DNA from: a virus
Reading direction: 5' to 3' (one strand)
DNA: 64,000 nucleotides
Virus record (IMG/VR): IMGVR_UViG_3300045988_117710
The position numbers and the translations under genes were made by a program. The notes under the pieces were generated by a model. That model was not told the origin of the DNA. It made no database searches and was given only the letters and a program-made list of their open reading frames with translations. This document shows positions 1 through 8,630 of this stretch, piece after piece; the first letter of the stretch is position 1, and each line of letters starts with the position of its first letter.

Positions 1-19
1 AAAGAATACAGATATTAAT

Positions 20-421
20 TTGAGTATGTCTTTATTGAAATGGTTTCAGATAGTTCTTTTGGTTAATCTTATATTCTCTCTTAAAGAGGATTATGGGTTT
101 GGTACTTGGATTGTTCTTGCTGTTTTATTAACGGTGGCTGTAGGGCTTAATATATTCCTTACAACTCGAACTTATTTGAAGAATTTAGGTAAGGATAAGA
201 AGCCGAAGGAGAAGAAGGCAGAGAAGAAACCAAGCAAATCTAAAGATGTTAGTTTATCTGTTAAGAAGAATATATCTGCAACTGATTTGAAGTCGAAGTT
301 AGATGATTTGATTTGGGATTGGACAGGTAAAGATGGTGAGGAGAGTTTATGTGTTCCTTATCTAGAAGCTGCTAATACTCAATTAGGTAAGATGTCTGCT
401 GTTAAGACAACATTTCAATAG
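20..421 (+). CDS. hypothetical membrane protein
   Basis: ORF track; two hydrophobic segments then Lys-rich tract KDKKPKEKKAEKKPSKSKD. Confidence 0.4.
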   Translation: MSMSLLKWFQIVLLVNLIFSLKEDYGFGTWIVLAVLLTVAVGLNIFLTTRTYLKNLGKDKKPKEKKAEKKPSKSKDVSLSVKKNISATDLKSKLDDLIWDWTGKDGEESLCVPYLEAANTQLGKMSAVKTTFQ

Positions 422-422
422 T

Positions 423-701
423 TTGTTTCTGAATTCTTATATACCAGAGTCTTTCAAGGATTATTTTGTTGATAGTCCATTAAGTGATGATGAGATTTAT
501 ACTTTATTAGAGTTAATGGATTCTTTATATACTGTTAGACAGTATTCTGATTTAATTTATAATGGTAGTTCTAATATTTCTTTTAATTCTTGTAGTAAGA
601 TAATTAAGAATGAAGAGGAGTATGAGAGAATAAATGAGGTTGTTATTCCTGCTTTGTTGTCAGATATTTATAATTTATTAGGAGGTGGTTCTGATGAGTA
701 A
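423..701 (+). CDS. hypothetical protein
   Basis: ORF track; tightly packed with neighbours on the same strand. Confidence 0.35.
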   Translation: MFLNSYIPESFKDYFVDSPLSDDEIYTLLELMDSLYTVRQYSDLIYNGSSNISFNSCSKIIKNEEEYERINEVVIPALLSDIYNLLGGGSDE

Positions 702-1830
702 AGTTATTGATGTTCAACCAATTACTCAAGATGAAGAGGTTTTGTCTAAAGAGACAAGTGTTGTTAAGGCAACTAATGAATCAACATTTGTTGTTGATCA
801 GCAGTTAGCTAGATTGAATAAGGATGAACTTAAGCAAGTTAAGGAGCTTAAGAAATCTATTAATTTTGATTCTACTGTGGACTTATTACATTATGGTAAT
901 GAGTTAGGTCAAAGGAGAGAAGCATTTTCTGATGCAATTCTTCAGAAGTATAAGAATAAGGATATTACATCTGTTGGAGATACTCTTACTGGGTTGGTTA
1001 CTTCTCTTAAGGAGTATCAAGTTGAAGAGTCTGATGGTTTCTTTTCTAGATTGTTCAGACGTGGTAAGAATAAGATTGAAACCATGAGAATCAAATATGA
1101 TAATGTTAATGAGAATGTTAATAAGGTTGCAGGGAAGTTAGAGAATGAAATTATTACTTTAACTAATGATATTCAGTTATTAGATAAACTTTATAATAAG
1201 AATATTGATGCTTTTAAAGAGCATACTATATTTATTATTGCTGCTAAACAACGTTTAGATGAAGTTAGAAATAATGAGTTAATGGATTTAAGAATTAAGG
1301 CAGAAGAAACTAATTTGCCAGAGGATGCTGAAGAGTATAGAAATTTAGTATCTAAATGTGATACTTTTGAGAAGTATATTTATGATTTAGAGTTATCTAG
1401 GACTTTATGTTTACTTTCTTTACCTAGATTAAAGGCAATTCAAGCTGCAAATGAAGTGTTGGTTCAAAAGATTAGAACCACTATTACTACAACTATTCCT
1501 ATGTGGAAGGATACTATTGCTAATGCTGTTATTGCTGAGAATACTAAGAAGTCTTTATCTATTCAGAATGCTGTTGATGATGCAACTAATCAAATGCTTA
1601 AGAGAATGGCTGATGTTTCTAAAGAAGTTTCAGTTGGAGCTACTAAGGCAAGTCAACGTGGTGTTGTAGATATGGATACTATGAAGTATATGTATGAGAA
1701 AGTTTTAGAAACTGCTAATGAGATGAGACAAATTGAAGAAGAGGGTAGAGCTACTAGAGAGCAAAGTGAACGTGAATTGCTTTCTATGGAGCAAGAATAC
1801 TCTGGTAGTTTGGTGGATTATTCTAAATAG
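685..1830 (+). CDS. TelA-like (toxic anion resistance/KlaA family) protein, putative
   Basis: 381 aa helical protein; segments LLHYGNELGQRREAFS, FFSRLFRRGKNKIE and KLYNKNIDAFKEHTIFIIAAKQRL resemble TelA family conserved blocks as recalled; not verifiable without a search. Confidence 0.4.
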   Translation: MVLMSKVIDVQPITQDEEVLSKETSVVKATNESTFVVDQQLARLNKDELKQVKELKKSINFDSTVDLLHYGNELGQRREAFSDAILQKYKNKDITSVGDTLTGLVTSLKEYQVEESDGFFSRLFRRGKNKIETMRIKYDNVNENVNKVAGKLENEIITLTNDIQLLDKLYNKNIDAFKEHTIFIIAAKQRLDEVRNNELMDLRIKAEETNLPEDAEEYRNLVSKCDTFEKYIYDLELSRTLCLLSLPRLKAIQAANEVLVQKIRTTITTTIPMWKDTIANAVIAENTKKSLSIQNAVDDATNQMLKRMADVSKEVSVGATKASQRGVVDMDTMKYMYEKVLETANEMRQIEEEGRATREQSERELLSMEQEYSGSLVDYSK

Positions 1831-1843
1831 TTCCACCAACTGC

Positions 1844-1852
1844 TCGTATAAT
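1844..1852 (+). promoter_or_regulatory. phage promoter-like motif TCGTATAAT
   Basis: Exact 9-mer about 20 nt upstream of ORF 1871 RBS; preceded by hairpin TTGGTGGA...TCCACCAA. Confidence 0.45.
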
Positions 1853-1870
1853 AATATTGAGGTGATTTAA

Positions 1871-2659
1871 ATGAAACTTATTCGTGATGGTGTATTTGAA
1901 ACTAATTCAAGTAGTACTCATGCTCTTGTTATTCCTCATAAGGTAGATGAAGAGCATTATGAGTTATATGATAGTTTAGACCATGATTATGGTTTTGGTC
2001 GTTGTGAGAGTAAATTAGTTGAATCTTGGGATGAGAAGTTAGCTTATGTCTATTATGTTCTTAAGGATTTCCTAGATTGGAATTCTGCTTCTGAAGATAA
2101 TGATAGAAAGGGTATGGTAACTGCAGAATCTATTATTGAGTTTGAAACTAAGATTAATAATATTTATACTAGTATGGTTGATTCTGGTAAGTTTAATATT
2201 TATCCTGATTCTGAACCAACTCCTCAAGATATTTTTGATTTAATTAATAATAAGAGTACTGAAAGAACTAAGAGTATTTTTCCTAGAGGTGGTTGGAATT
2301 GGGTTGGTGTAGATCATACTGAAGATTTTGCTACTAATGGTTTTGTTATAAGATTATTAGAAGCAGATGAAGAGTTTCTTAAGAGATTTATTTTCAATCG
2401 TGATAGTTATATTACTGTTGGTGGTGATGAGTATCGTGGTTATAATATTAAGACAGTTGGTTTTGAGTCTGATTATGATTGGCATGATACTTATTATGTA
2501 AATGCTAAAGGTGAGAAGATGCCAGAATACGATCCTGATAATATTGATATGGATGAGTGGAGAAGAATTCATGAAGAGTATTGCATTCCACGTGGTGGGT
2601 TCTGGGACAAACTTGCTGAGTATGAGAAGGATAATGATGTTTATCTGAAGGGTAATTAG
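1871..2659 (+). CDS. hypothetical protein, FETNSSSTH-motif family (paralog A)
   Basis: N-terminus MKLIRDGVFETNSSSTH nearly identical to MKLVREAAFETNSSSTH at 52703; Trp/Asp-rich C-terminal half. Confidence 0.5.
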   Translation: MKLIRDGVFETNSSSTHALVIPHKVDEEHYELYDSLDHDYGFGRCESKLVESWDEKLAYVYYVLKDFLDWNSASEDNDRKGMVTAESIIEFETKINNIYTSMVDSGKFNIYPDSEPTPQDIFDLINNKSTERTKSIFPRGGWNWVGVDHTEDFATNGFVIRLLEADEEFLKRFIFNRDSYITVGGDEYRGYNIKTVGFESDYDWHDTYYVNAKGEKMPEYDPDNIDMDEWRRIHEEYCIPRGGFWDKLAEYEKDNDVYLKGN

Positions 2660-2678
2660 AAAGGATTACGGTGATACT

Positions 2679-3875
2679 GTGAAAGAATTTAAAGATATGA
2701 TTATGAAGGAAGCAAAGGAAGAGATGTTAGCTTTACAACATCCTTATGTAGATTCATCTCATTTAATGTTAGCTTTACTTCGTTCTAGTGATTTCGGTGG
2801 TTCAAGAGAGTTTATGATGCGTCATGGTATTTCTTATGAGTTGTTCTATGATACTATAATAGAAGTAATTGGTAAGGGTACGGTAGAGGATAAGAATACT
2901 CCTTATACTCCTGCTCTTAAACAAGTATTGAGTGCTTATACAGGAATGGCAAAGAAGAGACAGAGTGATGATCCTTCGTTAATTATGTTATTATGTTTAC
3001 TTCAGTTCTATGAAGGTGTTGGTATTCGTTTATTGATGAATATCGGTGTTGATATAGATGATTTAATTGAGGACCTTGAAGAGTTATTGGATAATTCTTT
3101 AGATAAGTTACTTAAGAAGTATGGATGTCTTACTGATTTAAATAAAGAAGTTCGTGAGAATAACACAGTGGTTACTGGGTTGGATGAGCAATTACAACAA
3201 TTGTGTAAGTATCTTTTAAAGATTCAGAAACCTAATGTTATTGTTTTAGGTGAACCTGGTGTTGGTAAGACAGCTCTTGTTGAGAAGTTAGCTGTTGCTA
3301 TTAATGAGAAGAAAGTTCCTAAGTTTCTTCAGGATTTAAGAGTTATTCAATTATCTTTAGGTTCTGCAGTTGCTGGTACTAAGTATCGTGGTGAATTTGA
3401 AGAGAAGATTAATGGAATAATTGAAGCGATGACTAAGAAACGTAATGTTATTCTATTTATTGATGAGATTCATATGATGGTAGGTGCTGGTGGAGCCGAA
3501 GGTGCTATTGATGCTTCTAATCTATTTAAACCGGTATTAGCTCGTGGTAAGATTAGAATGATTGGTGCAACTACTAATACAGAGTATAAAGAGTTTGTAT
3601 GTTCTGATAAGGCATTTGCTAGACGTTTCAATACTATTGAGATTCTAGAAACTACTGAAGAAGAGACTATGGCAATTTTATCTAAAGCAAAGGTTAAGCT
3701 TGAGAAACATTATGAGATTAAGCTTACTCATAATGATTTGGTTAAGGTTTATAAGGAAGCTACTCATAGAAGTGGTAGAATGCCAGATGTTGCTTTAGAT
3801 GCTTTAGAGGAATATTGTGTTGACCTTTATTATAATAGAGAGTCAGAGAAGGAAACTGAAGAGGTGAGTGTTTAA
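2679..3875 (+). CDS. Clp-type AAA+ ATPase (Clp_N repeats plus single D1 nucleotide-binding domain)
   Basis: Clp N-domain repeats (HLMLALL, SLIMLLCLL); Walker A GEPGVGKTALVEKLA; Walker B ILFIDEIHMMVGAG; KYRGEFEEK and ARGKIRMIGATT match the ClpA/B/C D1 domain; no second AAA domain. Confidence 0.75.
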   Translation: MKEFKDMIMKEAKEEMLALQHPYVDSSHLMLALLRSSDFGGSREFMMRHGISYELFYDTIIEVIGKGTVEDKNTPYTPALKQVLSAYTGMAKKRQSDDPSLIMLLCLLQFYEGVGIRLLMNIGVDIDDLIEDLEELLDNSLDKLLKKYGCLTDLNKEVRENNTVVTGLDEQLQQLCKYLLKIQKPNVIVLGEPGVGKTALVEKLAVAINEKKVPKFLQDLRVIQLSLGSAVAGTKYRGEFEEKINGIIEAMTKKRNVILFIDEIHMMVGAGGAEGAIDASNLFKPVLARGKIRMIGATTNTEYKEFVCSDKAFARRFNTIEILETTEEETMAILSKAKVKLEKHYEIKLTHNDLVKVYKEATHRSGRMPDVALDALEEYCVDLYYNRESEKETEEVSV

Positions 3876-4525
3876 TGAGTGTTATTATTGCAAAGAAGAT
3901 TAAGAATGGTTTTGTTTTAGCAGGTGATTCTCAAGGTACTGTTGGTACTCATAGAACTACTGTTACTAAGATATTTAAAGCTCCTAAAGAGGAGAATGTA
4001 TTTATTGGTGTGGTTGGTAGATTACGTGATGCTAATATAGTTGCATCTGTAGATAGTATTTTAGATTCCAATGCTATTCGAAGAGGTAACTTGGACGCTA
4101 ATAGTTTAGTTTCTTATACTGTTCCTGAACTTCAGAAGTCTTTAAAGGAACAAGGTGCTTTATCTGTTGATGGTGGATTGCTTTGTTGGAATTCTGAAAT
4201 TATTATTGTTTATAAAGATAAGGCATTCTTAATTGATTCAGACTTTTGTGTTATTGAGATAGATGATTTTGCTGCAATTGGTGCTCCACAGGATTTTGCT
4301 TATGGTGCATATGCAATTCTTAAGAAGTTTAAATCTAAGTTACCTAAGTTGTCTGATTTTGATTTAGTCAAAGAGATTATGAAGATGACTATTGAAGAAA
4401 CTATTCATGTGTTCTATCCTATTTGGATGGTTGATACTAGTACAACTAATGCAGATTTCATAGAATTCAAGGGTTCAATTGTTGAGGAAAAGAAATCTAC
4501 AAAAGATAGTAAGGAAGAGGAATAA
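3875..4525 (+). CDS. hslV: HslV-like Ntn-hydrolase peptidase (proteasome beta-like)
   Basis: N-terminus [24 protein letters not shown] aligns with HslV [41 protein letters not shown] aligns with IAIGSGGPYAQAAARAL; Ser replaces Thr at the nucleophile position; start overlaps the ATPase stop (ATGA). Confidence 0.65.
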   Translation: [216 protein letters not shown]

Positions 4526-4537
4526 CTCTTCCTTTTA

Positions 4538-4549
4538 TCGTATTATAAT
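4538..4549 (+). promoter_or_regulatory. promoter-like motif variant TCGTATTATAAT
   Basis: After terminator hairpin AAGGAAGAG/CTCTTCCTT (4511-4534); upstream of ORF 4564. Confidence 0.4.
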
Positions 4550-4563
4550 GTAGAGGTGATTTT

Positions 4564-5262
4564 ATGAATGAAGTTAAAGACGAATTTCATTTTAGAGATT
4601 TGAAGGCAGATGAGATTACTGTTAAGGCATTTCCAATTGATAATGGCATTTCAGTTATTCTTTATAAAGATGCTAGAGTTGATATGACTATTCTTAATGA
4701 AACTGTAGGTCCTAAGAATTGGACTAGACTTTATCCTCATGGAGCTGCTTATTGTGAAGTATCTATTTGGGATGCTGATAAGAATGCTTGGATAACTAAA
4801 GGTGATTATGGTCAATGTGATTTTGGTACTAATTCAGAGAAAGGAACTGCTTCTGATTCATTCAAGAGAGCATGTTTTAACTGGGGCATAGGAATCGAAT
4901 TATATACTTGCCCTGTCATTTGTATTCCGAAGCATTTTGTGACGACTGTGGCTGCTAAAATGGGCTTAAAAGTGGTTGATGAGCTTTATGTTTCAGAGTT
5001 CAAAGTTAAGGATCATGTTATTACTGATATTTCAGTTGTTAGTAAACTTTCTGGTCAACTTATTTACTGTTTTAAGAATGGAGCAGAGGTTAAAGTAGAA
5101 CCTAAACTTACTTATCAAAATCAATTAAGAGTTTTCATTAGTGGTATTGAGGGATTGACTATTTCAGATGTTGCTCAAGAGTTTAAGCTTAATGGAACTT
5201 CTTCTGAAGATGAATTCAAGTCTGCTTTGGATAAGTTGAAGGAAAGGTATAATGCGAAGTAA
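4564..5262 (+). CDS. Rad52/Sak-like single-strand annealing protein
   Basis: Motif TASDSFKRACFNWGIGIELY matches the Rad52-family signature (SDAxKRA...GIGRYLY). Confidence 0.7.
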   Translation: MNEVKDEFHFRDLKADEITVKAFPIDNGISVILYKDARVDMTILNETVGPKNWTRLYPHGAAYCEVSIWDADKNAWITKGDYGQCDFGTNSEKGTASDSFKRACFNWGIGIELYTCPVICIPKHFVTTVAAKMGLKVVDELYVSEFKVKDHVITDISVVSKLSGQLIYCFKNGAEVKVEPKLTYQNQLRVFISGIEGLTISDVAQEFKLNGTSSEDEFKSALDKLKERYNAK

Positions 5263-5887
5263 TGGTTTAAGAATTGGTGGAAGTGATATTCCTACTTTGT
5301 TAGGTATTAATCCATTCAAGGATTTATATACTTTACTTCTTGAGAAGTGTAAGTTTAAAGAAGTTGTATTTGAAGATAATGATTTTACTTTATATGGGAA
5401 AGCAATTGAACCTTTAATTAGGGATTATCTTAATTCAGAAATGTTTAAGGATAATCCTATTGCTCCTTATGACTTCTGGGAGAATGAATTAGGTTTTGTT
5501 TCTAGGACTGATGGTAAGAATACTAATACTATTGTGGAGATTAAGTCTACATCTGTAACTCATAATACTGCAGATGAATATATGAATTATTTATGTCAAT
5601 TGATATTCTATATTTGGAGGTTGTCATTGAGAGATGGTTTCACTTATCGTGGTGTTCTTGCTATTTATGAGCGACCAAAGGATTTTAGAAATCAGTTACC
5701 TGATAAGGTTGTTTTTGATCCAAGTCGTTTACAAGTGTTTGAAGTAAATTTTGATCGTTATCAAGATAATGTTTTGGTAAGTATTAAGACAGCAATAGAT
5801 AATTTTGATTATTATGCTAATAGACTTAATGAGGATCCATTTCTAACAGAATCAGAGTTATTTGGTACAAATGTTGTCATCGAATAA
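5252..5887 (+). CDS. YqaJ/lambda-Exo-like PD-(D/E)XK recombination exonuclease
   Basis: N-terminal IGGSDIPTLLGINPFK resembles the YqaJ motif IGGSDxxxxxGxSPYK; VEIKST (E-x-K); directly downstream of the annealase. Confidence 0.6.
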   Translation: MRSNGLRIGGSDIPTLLGINPFKDLYTLLLEKCKFKEVVFEDNDFTLYGKAIEPLIRDYLNSEMFKDNPIAPYDFWENELGFVSRTDGKNTNTIVEIKSTSVTHNTADEYMNYLCQLIFYIWRLSLRDGFTYRGVLAIYERPKDFRNQLPDKVVFDPSRLQVFEVNFDRYQDNVLVSIKTAIDNFDYYANRLNEDPFLTESELFGTNVVIE

Positions 5888-5894
5888 CTCTTTT

Positions 5895-5903
5895 TCGTAT
5901 AAT
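5895..5903 (+). promoter_or_regulatory. phage promoter-like motif TCGTATAAT
   Basis: Exact 9-mer after CTCTTTT; possible -35 TTGTCA 18 nt upstream; precedes ORF 5923. Confidence 0.45.
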
Positions 5904-5922
5904 GGATTAGGAGGAGATATTT

Positions 5923-6171
5923 ATGAGTGAAGATGTTAAGTTAACTTATTTAGGGTGTCATTGGTATGAAGGTAATGATAGTTATTGTTATGTGTATATA
6001 GATGAGAATAACAAAGGTTTCTTTATCTATACTAAAGAAGCTGATTCTGATTTAGAAACAGTTTATGTTATGAATGGTGAATCTGTTTCTTATATGTGTG
6101 GTGTTGCAATTGATTCTATTGATTTACAAGCAAGTTTAAATGTAATTGATTATGGTTATTTCAATAATTAG
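5923..6171 (+). CDS. hypothetical protein
   Basis: ORF track; RBS GGAGGAG 7 nt upstream. Confidence 0.4.
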   Translation: MSEDVKLTYLGCHWYEGNDSYCYVYIDENNKGFFIYTKEADSDLETVYVMNGESVSYMCGVAIDSIDLQASLNVIDYGYFNN

Positions 6172-6186
6172 TTGAAAGGATTATTT

Positions 6187-6630
6187 ATGAAGATTATTCT
6201 AGATGAAGATGTTAAGGGTAAAGGTAAGAAAGGTCAGATGATAGAAGTTGCTGATGGTTATGGTTCTTTTCTTATCAGAAGTAAGAAGGCATCTTTAGCT
6301 ACTGAAGGTGTTATCAATAAGTGGAAGAGAATTCATGAAGAAGAAACTTTACAAGATAATTTGATTAGAAAAGAAGCAACTAATCTAAAGAATTTGATTG
6401 AGAAAGAAACATTTACTTTTAAGGTTAAAGCTGAAAATGGTAAGGTGTTTGGTTCTATTACAAGTTCTGATGTTGCAAAGAAACTTAATGAGAAGTATTC
6501 AAATCAAACTATTAAGATTGAGAAGAAGGATATAACTATTCCTAAGACTTCTACTTTAGGTGTTTATCAAGCCAAGGTAGTTCTTTACAAGGATATTGTA
6601 GCTGTGGCTTCTATTAATGTTTCTGAATAA
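6187..6630 (+). CDS. rplI: ribosomal protein bL9 homolog
   Basis: MKIILDEDVKGKGKKGQMIEVADGYGSFLI aligns with E. coli L9 [31 protein letters not shown]; length 147 aa; RBS AAAGGA 6 nt upstream of ATG 6187 (track ORF starts at TTG 6172). Confidence 0.8.
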   Translation: MKIILDEDVKGKGKKGQMIEVADGYGSFLIRSKKASLATEGVINKWKRIHEEETLQDNLIRKEATNLKNLIEKETFTFKVKAENGKVFGSITSSDVAKKLNEKYSNQTIKIEKKDITIPKTSTLGVYQAKVVLYKDIVAVASINVSE

Positions 6631-6639
6631 TATTTAGAG

Positions 6640-6957
6640 GTGATATGTGTGGTATTAGATACTAATGAAAAGGTGTTTTTGGTTACTGTAGGTGATTCTT
6701 TTGTTCAGTTTAGATACAAACCTTTTAAGCAGATGGAGGATATTCTTAATGATTATAATATCCCATTTGTAGAAGGTGACAAGAGATTCAGAAGAAAGAA
6801 TCTTCTTGAGAGTAATGTACAGAAGATGACTAAGTATGTGTTTCCTAGTAATGATGGTAAGAGGTTTAATGTTTTCTTCTTTACCACTGATGCTATTGAC
6901 ACAATATTTAAACATTATGGTGTCCCGTTTGAAAAGGAAGTGAAGATTAATGGATAA
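6640..6957 (+). CDS. hypothetical protein
   Basis: ORF track. Confidence 0.4.
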   Translation: MICVVLDTNEKVFLVTVGDSFVQFRYKPFKQMEDILNDYNIPFVEGDKRFRRKNLLESNVQKMTKYVFPSNDGKRFNVFFFTTDAIDTIFKHYGVPFEKEVKING

Positions 6958-7225
6958 TGAGAAATGTCCTAACCCATTTGGTGTAGAAGGTATTTGTTAT
7001 TCATTTGATCGCTTTGGAGATAGAACTGGTTGTTTGGGGTGTCCTTTAGCAGATACTATTCCTGGTGGTGTATTTGATATGGGAGACCCTTTACCTGGTT
7101 TAACAAGGCAATTGGAAGAACAACATTTAATCAATCTAATTAAACTTGCAGGAAAGTCTGGAGATGAGTTGACTTTATCTTCTCATGACTGTATAATATT
7201 GACTAAACTTATAGGTGGTGATTAG
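6950..7225 (+). CDS. hypothetical protein
   Basis: ORF track; Cys/Gly-containing small protein. Confidence 0.4.
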   Translation: MDNEKCPNPFGVEGICYSFDRFGDRTGCLGCPLADTIPGGVFDMGDPLPGLTRQLEEQHLINLIKLAGKSGDELTLSSHDCIILTKLIGGD

Positions 7226-7517
7226 CTTGGAAGAATTTAAACCAAGAGATTTTTCAACTATTGCTCGTCAGATACAAGATGTTATTGAAAGAGATTGTAC
7301 TTTCAGTAGTTGCAGGAGACGAGAATTAATTAATGAAATTGATAGGTGTATCAAAGATAACTTTTATCGAGCTCCAGAATTAGCTTTCGAGAGTTGGAAT
7401 GATTTAGCAAATGTTCTTAATTCCTATTTAGTCCCAAGTAATTCTAGATGGGAGACAGAGATTATGTGTATCTTTGGTGATTTAGGACCTGTTGATGATT
7501 ATTGGGATGGTGATTAG
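7215..7517 (+). CDS. hypothetical protein
   Basis: ORF track. Confidence 0.4.
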   Translation: MVISLEEFKPRDFSTIARQIQDVIERDCTFSSCRRRELINEIDRCIKDNFYRAPELAFESWNDLANVLNSYLVPSNSRWETEIMCIFGDLGPVDDYWDGD

Positions 7518-7518
7518 T

Positions 7519-8349
7519 ATGGGAAAGGAAAAGAAGAATACTTTAGGAACAAGGATGAAGGAGTATGAAGCTGTTAGTAAGAATCATCTGATGAGAAGAA
7601 CTCCTGTTGTTATAAGATTGGATGGTAAAGCATTTCATACTTTTACTAGAGGTTTAAATAAACCTTTTGATTCTGATTTTGTTACTATGATGCAACAAAC
7701 TATGTTACATTTATGTGAGAATATTCAAGGATGTGTTTTAGGTTATACTCAATCTGATGAGATTACTTTAGTCCTTGTTGATTATCAGAATAGAGATTCT
7801 TGTGCTTGGTTTGATAATCAAGTTCAAAAGATTGCTAGTATTAGTGCTAGTATGGCTACTCTATACTTTAATAGAGAGTTGTCTGAAATGTTGAGAGATT
7901 TAGAAGAGGATTTGGCTGCTGCGGATTATAGTTTACCTCAAGCTCATATGTATGAAACTAATTCAAAGAAGTATGATAAGTGGTATGATAAAGAGTATAG
8001 AGCTGTGTTTGATTCTAGGGTGTTTAATTTACCTCAATATGAAGTTATTAATAATTTGATTTGGAGACAGCAAGATGCAACTAGAAATTCTATTAATAGT
8101 GTTGCTCAAAGTCTTTTCTCACATAAGGAACTTCAAGGTATTAGTAGTAAGGATCTTCAGAATAAGATGTTAACAGAGAGGGATGTCAATTGGAATGATT
8201 ATCCAACACATCTTAAACGTGGTTGTTGTGCGATTAAGGATTCTGAAGGTAAGTGGGTTTTAGATATCAATATTCCTATTTTTACTGAAGATAGAAATTA
8301 TATTGATAGGTTGGTCTTTTTAGAGGATGGTGAAGAGAATGCTATTTAA
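7519..8349 (+). CDS. Thg1-like protein (tRNA-His guanylyltransferase family 3'-5' nucleotidyltransferase)
   Basis: VVIRLDGKAFHTF matches Thg1 VVVRLDGRNFHRF; GYTQSDEITLVL matches AYGQSDEYSFVF; ASISASMATLYF matches ASQFASSYVFYW; start uncertain (7519 or 7555). Confidence 0.75.
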   Translation: MGKEKKNTLGTRMKEYEAVSKNHLMRRTPVVIRLDGKAFHTFTRGLNKPFDSDFVTMMQQTMLHLCENIQGCVLGYTQSDEITLVLVDYQNRDSCAWFDNQVQKIASISASMATLYFNRELSEMLRDLEEDLAAADYSLPQAHMYETNSKKYDKWYDKEYRAVFDSRVFNLPQYEVINNLIWRQQDATRNSINSVAQSLFSHKELQGISSKDLQNKMLTERDVNWNDYPTHLKRGCCAIKDSEGKWVLDINIPIFTEDRNYIDRLVFLEDGEENAI

Positions 8350-8629
8350 GATAGATTATTCTGTATGTGATTATGATTACAAGTTCAAGATTAAGGTTTC
8401 TAGACCATTATTAATGTCTAGAAGAAGATTAGAAAGAAAGTTTCAAAGTCTGTTACAACACTTTCCTAATTTTAGTGTTTACTGGGAAGATGAATGGACT
8501 TATATAATTAATCTTTATTTTGATGGTAAGGGTTGGGATAAGGATAAAGAGGGTAAATCTCATTATTCTAGTGTTTATTGTGATGGTAGTGTTGGTTATA
8601 TAAGTTTTAAGTGGACGGAGGATAGATAG
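8327..8629 (+). CDS. hypothetical protein
   Basis: ORF track; overlaps upstream gene end. Confidence 0.35.
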   Translation: MVKRMLFKIDYSVCDYDYKFKIKVSRPLLMSRRRLERKFQSLLQHFPNFSVYWEDEWTYIINLYFDGKGWDKDKEGKSHYSSVYCDGSVGYISFKWTEDR

Positions 8630-8630
8630 T

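Noticed and set aside
1810-1839. Hairpin TTGGTGGA...TCCACCAA spanning the stop codon of ORF 685-1830 as an intrinsic terminator
   Set aside because: The loop is 14 nt and no U-tract follows; the TCGTATAAT motif follows directly. It may be a regulatory or attenuator hairpin, but it does not meet intrinsic-terminator criteria.
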